Assembly: GCA_043809315.1 (NCBI GenBank)
Contig: JAZDDX010000017.1
Span: 98,075-162,074, forward strand
DNA: 64,000 nt
Direction of reading: 5' to 3'
Source of the DNA: Pseudomonadota bacterium
GTDB taxonomy: Bacteria; Bdellovibrionota_G; JALEGL01; DATDPG01
This document shows, in pieces, positions 29,629-38,574 of the stretch. The position numbers were made by a program, and so were the translations under genes. Every line of letters begins with the position of its first letter. Position 1 is the stretch's first letter. Below the pieces are notes generated by a model. It did not search any database. It saw only the letters and a list, made by a program, of their open reading frames with translations, and was not told where the DNA came from.

Positions 29629-29725
29629 GGCCCGTCCAGCCTATCGCGTTTCCCCGCCGGGACCAACCCCCGGGATCGTGAAAGGATTTGACGCCGACAC
29701 AGTGGAAACGATAGAGGTGAGTGGC

Positions 29726-30886
29726 TTGAAAAAACTACCCATCGCATTCACGCTCCTGTCCGCGGCATTGCTCGTCGCGGCATGCAGCTCGTCCAAGAAA
29801 ACCGAAACGCCGGTCGCTCCCGCCTCGAACGGGGAGATCCTCGTTGCCGAGGTCGACTCGTTCACAGGGTCGCAGTCCTTTTTTGGCACCTTCTCGCGGT
29901 CGGGGATCCAACTGGCGATCTCCCAGACGAACGACGCCGGGGGGGTCGGCGGGAGGAAGATCCGTCTGGTGACCGTCGACGATCAGGGGAAGCCGGAAAT
30001 GACCGAAGCGGTCGTGAAAAAGCTGATCAAAGAGCAGAAGGTTGTCGCGGTTCTGGGGGCTTCGGCCAGTTCCCGGTCGCTCGCGATGGCGCCGTTGCTT
30101 CAGAAGGCGGGGATCCCGATGATCACCCCCGCCTCGACAAACCCGGAGGTGACCGGCGCGGGGGATTACATCTTCCGCACCTGCTTCATCGATACCTTCC
30201 AGGGTTCGGTGATGGCGAAATTCGTGCGCGAGAACCTCAAGGCGAAAAAGGTCGCGATCCTGCGGGACAGCGACAGCAAGTACAGTCTCGGGTTGGCAGA
30301 GTTTTTCAAAGACCGGTTCGTCGCGATGGGGGGGCAGATCGTCGCGGACGAAGCGTATAAGGCGGGGGATGTCGATTTCAAACGGCAGCTGACGGCAATT
30401 CGCCCGAAAGCGCCGGACGTGATCTACGTGCCGGGGTATTACACCGACGTGGCGAACATCATCCCGCAAGCCCGTACCATGAAAATTTCGGCGACCTTCG
30501 CGGGGGGGGACGGTTGGGATTCGAATGAGCTGTACAAGATCGGGGAGGGGTCGACTGCCCCGAGCTATTTCACGAACCATTACGCGCCGGGAAGCACGGA
30601 CCCGGTGCATCTGAAGTTCGCAACGGCGTACAAGGCGAAGTTCCGGACCGATTCGAACGCGGACGCCGCTCTCGGGTATGACGCCGCCACGGTTCTTTTC
30701 GACGCCATGAAACGGGCGAAGAGCCTTTCCGGGCCCGATCTGCGCGACGCCATCGCACAGACGAAGAACTTTCCCGGTGTCACCGGCGTCATCACGCTCG
30801 ACGCGAACCGGGACGCGATCAAGTCGGTCGTGATCTTCAAGGTCCAAGGGAAGAAGACCGAGTTTATCGAGTCGATTGCCCCGTAG
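29726..30886 (+). CDS. Branched-chain amino acid ABC transporter substrate-binding lipoprotein (LivJ/K-like), orphan
   Basis: Lipobox VAAC; DDQGKP, TPASTNP, YIFRTCFID, GGDGW, ALGYDA. No permease genes nearby. Confidence 0.9.
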   Translation: MKKLPIAFTLLSAALLVAACSSSKKTETPVAPASNGEILVAEVDSFTGSQSFFGTFSRSGIQLAISQTNDAGGVGGRKIRLVTVDDQGKPEMTEAVVKKLIKEQKVVAVLGASASSRSLAMAPLLQKAGIPMITPASTNPEVTGAGDYIFRTCFIDTFQGSVMAKFVRENLKAKKVAILRDSDSKYSLGLAEFFKDRFVAMGGQIVADEAYKAGDVDFKRQLTAIRPKAPDVIYVPGYYTDVANIIPQARTMKISATFAGGDGWDSNELYKIGEGSTAPSYFTNHYAPGSTDPVHLKFATAYKAKFRTDSNADAALGYDAATVLFDAMKRAKSLSGPDLRDAIAQTKNFPGVTGVITLDANRDAIKSVVIFKVQGKKTEFIESIAP

Positions 30887-30896
30887 GGCGATCCGG

Positions 30897-31736
30897 CTAC
30901 CAATCGATCGGCTGGACGCTCCGGTCGGGAACGAACTTCGTGACGAGTCTCAGCAGAAAGTTGTGTTCGTTCTTCTTAAACTCCTCATCCGAAACGTACG
31001 CGGTGACTTTGCCGTTCCGGGTCCCTCGATAGAATTCGACGGAACGGAGCTCGATGTAGTTGATGTCGACGTCGACGATCCCGCGATTCCCGAAGACGCC
31101 GAACAGATCAACACCGGTGAAGTAACGCGCCACCAGGTTCCCATCCCCGAGCCGCTTCAGCTGGAACGAAAAGCGGTTCCGGAAGATCAATTTCTGCGCA
31201 TGCTGGCAGAGACCGTTCCGGTAGAGGCGGAACCCTTCCCCGTTGTTGAGCGGCAGGAAGATGTCGCTCCCGTCGAAGAACACTTCGTAGCGGGGTTGTT
31301 CACGATCGTACCGCTCGATCTTCACCTCACAGATCCGGTTCGGGAGATCCGTGGTCCGGAAGACGGCCGAAGCGAGGAGGACGTCGCGAACCGCCGTCGC
31401 ATCGAGCGTGACGACGTTCCCGAACTCTTTCGGAAGGTATTGGGCGATGAGATAGAGGAGCGAGTAAAACTGCTCCATCTTGGTTTTTACCTTCGTTGTG
31501 TCGAACGTGGTCCGGACTTCGTCGGCGGTCGGAACGGTGAGCTCGAACGCCGGTTTCCCCTCTTTGGTTTTCAATTTACCCAAAGCTTCGAGGATCACCG
31601 GGACCGAAACCGGAGCCGGCACCGTGACGGCGGCTTCCGAGCCGCCGAGGCAGAGCTTCTCGTCCGTGATGGGAACCCCCGCGGCACCGGGCGGCAGCGC
31701 CAGAAGGGAAAGAAGCAACAGTGCCGTCTTGAGCAT
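30897..31736 (-). CDS. Hypothetical secreted protein
   Basis: Signal peptide; 279 aa with host-like codon usage. Confidence 0.7.
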   Translation of the reverse strand: MLKTALLLLSLLALPPGAAGVPITDEKLCLGGSEAAVTVPAPVSVPVILEALGKLKTKEGKPAFELTVPTADEVRTTFDTTKVKTKMEQFYSLLYLIAQYLPKEFGNVVTLDATAVRDVLLASAVFRTTDLPNRICEVKIERYDREQPRYEVFFDGSDIFLPLNNGEGFRLYRNGLCQHAQKLIFRNRFSFQLKRLGDGNLVARYFTGVDLFGVFGNRGIVDVDINYIELRSVEFYRGTRNGKVTAYVSDEEFKKNEHNFLLRLVTKFVPDRSVQPIDW

Positions 31737-31782
31737 CGTTCGGGTCTATATCACGGACGGGGCTATTCTCGATGCAGGATAT

Positions 31783-31801
31783 ATGTCATACTATATGACA
31801 T
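31783..31801 (+). promoter_or_regulatory. Inverted-repeat operator overlapping the -10 box and start codon
   Basis: ATGTCATA-cta-TATGACAT; TACTAT lies 5 nt before ATG 31800. Confidence 0.6.
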
Positions 31802-32339
31802 GAGAATAGTAAGGACCCTGGCGGAAGATCGAGCGGGTCACCTCTGGCTGAAAGTCAGGGGGGAGGGAAGGGCCTGTCGGGTTGTGACGGTGATGGACGC
31901 GTGCGCGCTCCTGGGTCGGAGTCGTCGGCAGATCTACCGGTATCTCGAGTCGAGACAGCTGGAACCCAAGGGAAGGCTGGGTCAGGAACTTCTGGTCGAT
32001 GCCGATTCGCTCTCCCGGATCGCCGCCGGGGCGCGCTCGAATCGGCCTCTTCCGGCGGGGTTTCAAAGTCATTTTCCTGAATATCGCGTGCGGGATCTTC
32101 ACCCGTCCCGGGACCGTACGGTCGTCCTGTCGAGACTGCTCGAGCACGGGACGTACGAGGACCTTCGGTGGATGTGCCGCCGCTACTCTCGGGCGACGCT
32201 TCGTGCCTTCGTGAAGGGAGAAGGCGCACGGCTTCTCTCGAAGCGAAGCGCGAACTTCTGGGGTGTGATCTTCGGGGTGAAGTCCGCAGCTCCCTCCGGA
32301 CGTGATCTTGGTCTCGACCCGTGGAGGAAGAGGATATGA
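31800..32339 (+). CDS. HTH plus DUF6922-like putative antitoxin
   Basis: HTH VMDACALLGRSRRQIYRY; C-terminal F-x-EY...VLSRLLEHG...LRW...Y pattern; ATGA-coupled to the next gene. Confidence 0.7.
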   Translation: MRIVRTLAEDRAGHLWLKVRGEGRACRVVTVMDACALLGRSRRQIYRYLESRQLEPKGRLGQELLVDADSLSRIAAGARSNRPLPAGFQSHFPEYRVRDLHPSRDRTVVLSRLLEHGTYEDLRWMCRRYSRATLRAFVKGEGARLLSKRSANFWGVIFGVKSAAPSGRDLGLDPWRKRI

Positions 32340-32974
32340 AATTCTTCGAAGAGGTGGTCGATCGGGCAACGATCGAAGCGGCGAAGAGTCTGGGGGCGGC
32401 TCTGGGGGAGCGATTCTATCTGGCCGGAGGGACTGCGATCGCGCTGCAGCTGCGACACCGGATCTCTCTGGATCTGGATCTCTTTTCCGGGACGAACGAA
32501 CTGCGCGACCGGGACCGGGATTCGATCTTACGCGCTCTTCGCCCGGCGGGTGGTTTGGAGGTGGTGGAGAATAGCGAAGGAACGCTGAACCTGCGGATCG
32601 ATGGCGCGGCCGTGAGCCTCTTCCATTACCCCTATCCGCTCGTGCACGTGGTGGCCGGCAAGTGGCAAGGGCTTCCGGTGGCCGATCTTCGGGACATCGG
32701 AGCGATGAAGTTGAGCGCGGTGGTCGGGCGGGGGTCGAAAAAAGATTTTATCGATCTCTTCTTCTTGGCGAAAAAACTGGGGCTTCGGGCGTCGTTGGAA
32801 ACCGCGGAGGGGAGATTCCGTGATCATCCCGGGTTTACGATTGCGGCCCTGAAGGCCCTAGTCTATTTCGAGGACGCCGAAAAAGAGTCGATGCCGCGGA
32901 TGAGGAAGCCGGCCGACTGGGAAGAGATGAAGCGGTTTTTCCGGCGGGAGGTCCGCGCACTCTTTAGGCCGTAG
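32336..32974 (+). CDS. AbiEii/AbiGii-family nucleotidyltransferase toxin
   Basis: FYLAGGTAIALQLRHRISLDLDLF, DIGAMKL, RGSKKDFIDL, KALVYFEDAE. Confidence 0.9.
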   Translation: MKFFEEVVDRATIEAAKSLGAALGERFYLAGGTAIALQLRHRISLDLDLFSGTNELRDRDRDSILRALRPAGGLEVVENSEGTLNLRIDGAAVSLFHYPYPLVHVVAGKWQGLPVADLRDIGAMKLSAVVGRGSKKDFIDLFFLAKKLGLRASLETAEGRFRDHPGFTIAALKALVYFEDAEKESMPRMRKPADWEEMKRFFRREVRALFRP

Positions 32975-32978
32975 AAGA

Positions 32979-33069
32979 TGGTGCCGGGAGCCGGACTCGA
33001 ACCGGCATGACCCCGTAAAGGGTCTCGGGATTTTAAGTCCCGTGCGTCTACCAATTTCGCCACCCCGGC
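32979..33069 (-). tRNA. tRNA-Leu(TAA)
   Basis: GCCGGGG acceptor stem, CGGGA-CTTAAAA-TCCCG anticodon arm, long variable arm, GGTTCGAGTCC T arm, encoded CCA. Confidence 0.97.
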
Positions 33070-33117
33070 ACGCTTGAAATTATTGAACTATTTTACTTTC
33101 CTCCAAACTACAAGTTC
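33029..33117. repeat. att site, left copy (5' half of tRNA-Leu plus upstream region)
   Basis: 41 bp identical to 39681-39721, then 48 bp with 4 mismatches. Confidence 0.95.
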
Positions 33118-33122
33118 CGTCT

Positions 33123-33142
33123 GTGTCCGTTTTGGTGTCCAC
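33123..33142. repeat. Putative integrase arm-binding site, left
   Basis: GTGTCCGTTTTGGTGTCCAC, identical to 39532-39551; contains two GTGTCC units. Confidence 0.75.
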
Positions 33143-33148
33143 TTTTTG

Positions 33149-33964
33149 TCAGAAACGAGCCGTCCTATCCCCTATGCTTGTGGTCAACCGAACCAGGCGA
33201 CGGCCCCACACACATGGTCGTTTTAGCCCGAAGAAGAGATACCAGAACACAAAGTAGTTAGATCCGATCAGGAGTATCAGAAACTCCCTCCAATTTGGAA
33301 GGCGTTGGATTTGTTCGCCGAACTGAGACGTGCCAGACGAATAGGTTCGAATTGCCAGGTTCTCAAAGTTCTTTGGATACTGAAACTCGATCCCACTTTT
33401 ATCACTGTATCGAATCCTATCCACGTACGACCAAACTTTGGGATTGGGGGGCCACTCTCCTGGTCGTCTGAATGTTCCGTACATACTGACCCGAAACCAA
33501 TCGAGCAGCCATTCGCGAACCCAAACGAGGCCAAGGCTCCTTATAATCTGAAGGGATCTTCCTCGTTCCATGAGGCTTTCTAGGTCTTCTACTGCCTTCT
33601 TCTTTCTCTCTTCCTCAGCCGATACCACTTCTGGTTCCTTGCCTTTAGTTCGTGCACCTCGGGCCGAGCCTACAATCTGGATGTCTTCCGTTGCATCATC
33701 ATAATCTGGACTTCTTCTGAGGAGGCTCCTTACAGGAAAACAGAGAATGGCGAGCACGAAGACCGTCGTAAACAGGATCAAGTACCAGAAATCGCGATCA
33801 TCGCTCCATCGAAGTAGGAGCCTCTTAAGCCACAAGGGTACGAACCACCGAATCCGAAGCGTCCGGAAAATTGTTGGGACATCTTTCGCGACAGTGAAAT
33901 ACCCGAAGAAGATTGCAAACAGTTCCCAGGGGGGCCACGTAACTGATTTCCTGCTTTTGGGCAT
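33149..33964 (-). CDS. Hypothetical membrane protein (element cargo)
   Basis: 271 aa with about three hydrophobic helices; AT-rich; directly downstream of the integrase. Confidence 0.65.
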   Translation of the reverse strand: MPKSRKSVTWPPWELFAIFFGYFTVAKDVPTIFRTLRIRWFVPLWLKRLLLRWSDDRDFWYLILFTTVFVLAILCFPVRSLLRRSPDYDDATEDIQIVGSARGARTKGKEPEVVSAEEERKKKAVEDLESLMERGRSLQIIRSLGLVWVREWLLDWFRVSMYGTFRRPGEWPPNPKVWSYVDRIRYSDKSGIEFQYPKNFENLAIRTYSSGTSQFGEQIQRLPNWREFLILLIGSNYFVFWYLFFGLKRPCVWGRRLVRLTTSIGDRTARF

Positions 33965-33990
33965 TTAGCGTCTCCCCAATCGCCTAGCGT

Positions 33991-35049
33991 TTAGTGTTTC
34001 GAGTTTGCGATTTCAGCAGGGACCGTACTCTGTTGCGGTCGCACATCAACCGTTTTCAGAAAGTCCCGCAAATCGCCTTCTGTGAGGTTTGTGTATCGAT
34101 CAAAGACCTTCCGCGTCTTGTGGCCGGAAATTGCCATTATCGCCTTTTCTGGGATCCCCCGCTTAACCCAGCGGGTTACTGCCATGTGCCGGAGGTCATG
34201 AAAGTGGAAGTTTTCGATCTGCGCTCGGTCACAAGCACGCAAGAACCCCTCTCGAATCGAACGAATACGATGCCCGTTCCGATGGAACACGTAAGGGCAG
34301 TGGAGAAGGCGGATCTTCGCAGAGATAATCTGCGAGAGGCGGGAGTTGATCGGGATTGTGCGGCGAGTTCGTGTCTTGGTGTCGTCAGCGGTGAGCCGAA
34401 TAAACCCCTGCTTCAAGTCCACTCTGTCCCAAGTCAGGTTGAGAATTTCACCTAGCCGCATCGCCGTTTCGTAGCCAACCTCAATAATGGTACGGGTGAG
34501 GGGAGGTGCCGAGTCTAGGAGGTGGCCATACTCCTCTTCAGTCAGAATCCTCTCGCGTTGCAGATGATCCTCGTTGAACAAACGCACGGAGTGAATCGGG
34601 TTTCTTTCCAGTTTCCCGTCTCGGACGAGTCGGCCGAACATCGCCTTGAGGCAAGCCAACTCTCGGTTGATCGTGCTGACGGCAACGGGTGTTCCCATCC
34701 TGGTGGTTTGGTTCCGCCGTGCCTCTTTATATCGTTCGATCTCGGAAGGGAGGATGTCGCGGACCTTTCGTTGCCCGAAATGCCGAACGAGGCGTCGGCA
34801 GATGTTGATGTCGCTTGCATGAGAACGCTTTCGAGCAGTGTTTTGAAGGTAGTCCTTCGCCATTTCATCCAAGGTAAGATTCGACAGAATCTTCTTGTCG
34901 AATATCCGGTTCTCCTTGATCTCGACCTTTCTCTTGGCAAGCGCCTTCTCTGCTTCTCGCTTCGTGGTCGGACCCAGGCTTTCCCGGAATCGCCGACCGT
35001 TGACGCGATAATCAAGCATCCAATTCCTATTCTTTCTGAAAACGCCCAT
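33991..35049 (-). CDS. int: Tyrosine recombinase / phage integrase
   Basis: N-terminal arm-binding domain, STINRELACL, TAMRLGEI (R), KT (K), HFHDLRH (HxxR), ISGHKT (H), RY (Y). Confidence 0.97.
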   Translation of the reverse strand: MGVFRKNRNWMLDYRVNGRRFRESLGPTTKREAEKALAKRKVEIKENRIFDKKILSNLTLDEMAKDYLQNTARKRSHASDINICRRLVRHFGQRKVRDILPSEIERYKEARRNQTTRMGTPVAVSTINRELACLKAMFGRLVRDGKLERNPIHSVRLFNEDHLQRERILTEEEYGHLLDSAPPLTRTIIEVGYETAMRLGEILNLTWDRVDLKQGFIRLTADDTKTRTRRTIPINSRLSQIISAKIRLLHCPYVFHRNGHRIRSIREGFLRACDRAQIENFHFHDLRHMAVTRWVKRGIPEKAIMAISGHKTRKVFDRYTNLTEGDLRDFLKTVDVRPQQSTVPAEIANSKH

Positions 35050-35065
35050 AACGTACCTCCGACGG

Positions 35066-35758
35066 TTAGACTCCCGTTTTTTTCCGTCCTACCGAGTAAT
35101 TCTTCGCGTATAATCTATTTTGATACTTGTTATATGTCTCTCGGTTCTTCTCTCGCCAGGCATAGATGCGGTCCTTTTTCACTTTGGACTTGCACTCGTT
35201 CGAGCATCTCATGGCTCCTCTTCTGCTCTTGCTGACGAAGATTCGATTGCAGACATCGCATGTGTGAAGGAGTGCCATGGGGAAGTTGTTGAGGGCATCG
35301 GAAAAGAGTTTCTTTGCGCGAAATACCTTATCTTCGGTCGCTGTGATTTGATGCACCATGCCCTTCACTAGGTAGAACTCGGTGCTGATGGTTTCACGGG
35401 GGCGCGGTGGAAAGTCGGCAACTTCCCCAAGAAAAGACCAGCCAACAACATCCCTCGTGTAGTCCCTTGGTCCAGTGATCAGCCGCAGGACGCTGCGCAT
35501 CCAAGCCTGGAGTTCCCTAATCTCTTTAACGTTAAATGCATTTGGGCGTTGATCCCAGAGCATGTCTCCCGGCACCCGATGTAATAGGCCGTCGAATAAC
35601 CATGCTTTCGTGATCCTTTTGTTCTTCTCGAAGGGGATGCGCCCAGTGCCGCCTGACGGGCACTTGTCGTCCAATACCTCCTTCAGATGGTCTTCGGGGC
35701 AGTTGATGAACTGCGCATAGAACCGAATCCGGTCTTCCTTCGGTGTTGGCGCTTGCAT
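35066..35758 (-). CDS. Protein with C-terminal CGNR-like zinc finger
   Basis: CDVCNRIF...RCSNEC followed by a basic helix; co-oriented upstream of int. Confidence 0.7.
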   Translation of the reverse strand: MQAPTPKEDRIRFYAQFINCPEDHLKEVLDDKCPSGGTGRIPFEKNKRITKAWLFDGLLHRVPGDMLWDQRPNAFNVKEIRELQAWMRSVLRLITGPRDYTRDVVGWSFLGEVADFPPRPRETISTEFYLVKGMVHQITATEDKVFRAKKLFSDALNNFPMALLHTCDVCNRIFVSKSRRGAMRCSNECKSKVKKDRIYAWREKNRETYNKYQNRLYAKNYSVGRKKTGV

Positions 35759-35916
35759 TTATAGTTTCCTAAAGACGGCGAACTGGGGTGATGCCTGAAA
35801 CATCAAAAAGTGATGGAAGAACACGGAAGCGCCTTCAAAAAACCCTGAGGGGGTTGTATGGTCAAAATCGTAGTTGCACATAAATGATAACAACATACAA
35901 CTATGGAGGCGAATCG

Positions 35917-36114
35917 ATGTCAACAGAAAAGAGGGAACCTGAACCGTTGGTAGATATTGCCGCAGCGGCTAGGTTCCTGGCCGTGCGTGAGAATACGATT
36001 CGGATTTGGTGCTGCGAAGGGAAGCTTAAACCTTTAAGGGCCGGACGGCGTCTGCGCTTCCGTCTGAGCGACCTAGTAAGATGGGCGGAGGGCATAAGCG
36101 ATGTTCAATCCTGA
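35917..36114 (+). CDS. Excisionase-like HTH (MerR/HTH_17) protein
   Basis: GGAGG RBS; AAARFLAVRENTIRIW...GRRLRFRLSDL. Confidence 0.85.
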   Translation: MSTEKREPEPLVDIAAAARFLAVRENTIRIWCCEGKLKPLRAGRRLRFRLSDLVRWAEGISDVQS

Positions 36115-36292
36115 TGACAAGACGACCCCTTTCGATCTTGATTTCTCCGTTCGCGAACTAATCTCGCGGCGACTGAAGAAGCTCCAAGCCGTCTACGAAC
36201 TTCAAAAGCCCTCATTCATTCGGAGACATCTGCATCAACTTGAAGTTCTGACAGATATTTTGTTTGGCTCGGACGATCGAACAGCCGATTAA
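36101..36292 (+). CDS. Small hypothetical protein
   Basis: 63 aa; overlaps both neighbours. Confidence 0.55.
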   Translation: MFNPDDKTTPFDLDFSVRELISRRLKKLQAVYELQKPSFIRRHLHQLEVLTDILFGSDDRTAD

Positions 36293-36738
36293 TGTCCGAG
36301 GCGTTCTTTATGATTCCCCGTCAATGGTACGAGGACGGCTCCCTGTTTTCGGGAAGCGGGGCCAGGGTCCTCCTGGCGCTGGCGAAAAGAGCGAACCACG
36401 GTGCTCCCAAATCCTACCGGGGAAGCTGGATCAATAAGGGGGAGCTGGTAGTGGGAACAAAGGAGTTGGCTCGGGAAGTTCAAGTTCCGCGATCGACCGT
36501 GTACCGGCACTTGAAGCGGTACGAAAGAGACGGGAAATTGAGACTGAAGGCGGGACGCGACAAAACGCTGGTTTCCATCGTTGATTTCGCCACTTACAGA
36601 GACGCACCAGCAAGAAATGGCACACCGATTGAGACTCAAGGTGAGACACCACCCGAGACATCGGCCGGGAACAAACAAGAGAGAAAGAACAATAAGATGG
36701 TCGCAGCTTCGGAGATTTCGGTGTGGCCACGACTTTAA
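36292..36738 (+). CDS. Phage-type replication initiator-like winged-HTH protein
   Basis: LAKRANH, INKGELV...ELAREVQVPRSTVYRHLKRY...TLVSIVDF; internal 12-bp periodic repeats. Confidence 0.65.
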   Translation: MSEAFFMIPRQWYEDGSLFSGSGARVLLALAKRANHGAPKSYRGSWINKGELVVGTKELAREVQVPRSTVYRHLKRYERDGKLRLKAGRDKTLVSIVDFATYRDAPARNGTPIETQGETPPETSAGNKQERKNNKMVAASEISVWPRL

Positions 36739-37700
36739 TTCCGAAAACCATCACAGCGAAGGAGGTAGACCGATGGCAACCACCATACGAAAGGAGTCCG
36801 ATTGCTGTCGGGGACATCTCCAATTCGGTCGTCCACATCCGCGAACTGTTCGACCACGTGATCAATGCACGGACAGCTAATCCTGAGACGACCTACGGAC
36901 ATCCAACCCAATGCTGGCCTGTGTTCGCGCGAGCATTTGGAGGACTTCGGCCTGGTGAACTGACAGTCGTGACGGCTGAAACGGGTGCGGGCAAGACCAC
37001 GTTCGCTCTGAATTGGGCGGCTGACTATGCCCGACCTGGTACGAACGGAGTGTTCTATGTCTCCTTGGAAATGTCGAAACAGGCAACTGCCGAAAAACTC
37101 GCTCAGCTTATCCACCGGAAGCCTGTCCGGGAGTTCGACCAAGGGACCAACTTCACTGATTTGAGGGCGGTTAGGGAGGTGTTCGACCGCCTAAACTTTT
37201 GGTTCTTTGATCATTACGGCCGAGTTAAAACAGATCGCCTATTCAAAGCGATTTGGTACGCAGTCTGTGAGAAGAAAACGCGGCTGGTTGTGATCGACCA
37301 CCTCGCCTATCTCGTCCACCAGGACAGGGCCGAAAATCAGACCATTGCAGTCGAAAACACGATGCGGGACCTGGCACTGGTCGCGAATCAAACAGGTTCA
37401 ACAATTCTTCTCGTCGTTCATCCGAGAAAAGGGACGCCTGATGAAAAACGACGACCTCTTGAGCTAGATGACCTGAAGGGATCTTCGGCAATCTCTCAGG
37501 AGGCTTCCAACGTCCTTTCGCTGTTTCGGCCGGACCGCACTAAATCCGAAACGTATCTGTTCTTCTTAAAGATTCGGTCCCACCACTTCGCTCATTCATT
37601 GGGCGGGGGAATCCGGTTCAACTTCAATCCCAGAAGCCTTTGGCTGGAAGAAGAGTCGAAGGAGATCGAGTTTCGGGGAGGTCGAAATCATGGGGTTTAA
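36723..37700 (+). CDS. SF4 (DnaB/T7 gp4/Twinkle-like) helicase without primase domain
   Basis: GLRPGELTVV, Walker A AETGAGKT, SLEM, VIDHL, VVHPRK, DLKGSSAISQEA. Confidence 0.88.
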   Translation: MATTLIPKTITAKEVDRWQPPYERSPIAVGDISNSVVHIRELFDHVINARTANPETTYGHPTQCWPVFARAFGGLRPGELTVVTAETGAGKTTFALNWAADYARPGTNGVFYVSLEMSKQATAEKLAQLIHRKPVREFDQGTNFTDLRAVREVFDRLNFWFFDHYGRVKTDRLFKAIWYAVCEKKTRLVVIDHLAYLVHQDRAENQTIAVENTMRDLALVANQTGSTILLVVHPRKGTPDEKRRPLELDDLKGSSAISQEASNVLSLFRPDRTKSETYLFFLKIRSHHFAHSLGGGIRFNFNPRSLWLEEESKEIEFRGGRNHGV

Positions 37701-38019
37701 GAGCCCGGAGACTCGCCGAGCCTACCACCGTGAGTACAAGCGACTTCACAGGGGTGGGGTTTGTCAAACCCCCGGTCAAACCCAGGTCCCGACGGAATTT
37801 CGGATAAAAACGGCAAAAGACATTCTCGATTTATTGGCAGAACAGATCGAGGTAATTCGAGGAGATTCGACGATCAGCTCAACCGAACGCGCGCGTACGA
37901 TCGGCTACCTCGCGGGAATTTCATTGAGGGCAGTGGAGGCAGCAGACCTAGCGGTAAGAGTAGAGGCCATTGAAGCAGTGTTCAAGAATAGAAAGGCTTT
38001 TACAGATGAAGCTAAGTAA
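37690..38019 (+). CDS. Hypothetical helical protein
   Basis: GGAGG RBS; 109 aa; C-terminal coiled coil DLAVRVEAIE. Confidence 0.7.
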   Translation: MGFKSPETRRAYHREYKRLHRGGVCQTPGQTQVPTEFRIKTAKDILDLLAEQIEVIRGDSTISSTERARTIGYLAGISLRAVEAADLAVRVEAIEAVFKNRKAFTDEAK

Positions 38020-38536
38020 CGATTGCTACCAGGAACTCGACGCCAAGGAACGGTGGCGACTAGCCTTGGCTGCCAGAACACGCAATGACCTGCGCGAATA
38101 TCGCCGCCTTCAAGATACGTGTCCTTATTGTCAGGTTGTAAAAGAAGATCCCGAGTTTACCTGGCTCATGGGGCGGAGTCGCGACATCGGTGCCGTTTTC
38201 ACGATCTATTGGCTTAGGATTGCGCTTTGGAAAGCAGAACTGTGCTGGTGCCTCGCGGAAATCGAGCAGATCGAATCATCGGATAACCAACTGAGAAAAC
38301 GTGCGGCTGATCGCTTGGATTCGGTGATTTCAAAGGAAAAAGGACTTCACGAGGGGCTAGAAAAGTTCTGTCAAGCCATAGGAATCCAAGCAAATGCCCT
38401 TCTTTGTATCTACCCTGATGTGGCGGAAGGTTACGCTGAGACGACTAGCCGGATACCCCCCGAAGTCATTGCGGACCCAACGGCGGTAAACACAGTCTAC
38501 GACCAGTTCATGGAAATCTGGAAAGGTCTGCCTTGA
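38006..38536 (+). CDS. Hypothetical protein
   Basis: Overlaps the previous gene; helical, 176 aa. Confidence 0.65.
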   Translation: MKLSNDCYQELDAKERWRLALAARTRNDLREYRRLQDTCPYCQVVKEDPEFTWLMGRSRDIGAVFTIYWLRIALWKAELCWCLAEIEQIESSDNQLRKRAADRLDSVISKEKGLHEGLEKFCQAIGIQANALLCIYPDVAEGYAETTSRIPPEVIADPTAVNTVYDQFMEIWKGLP

Positions 38537-38574
38537 ATACGACCCCGGCTGATTAACCGGGCGCTAAGCCAAAT

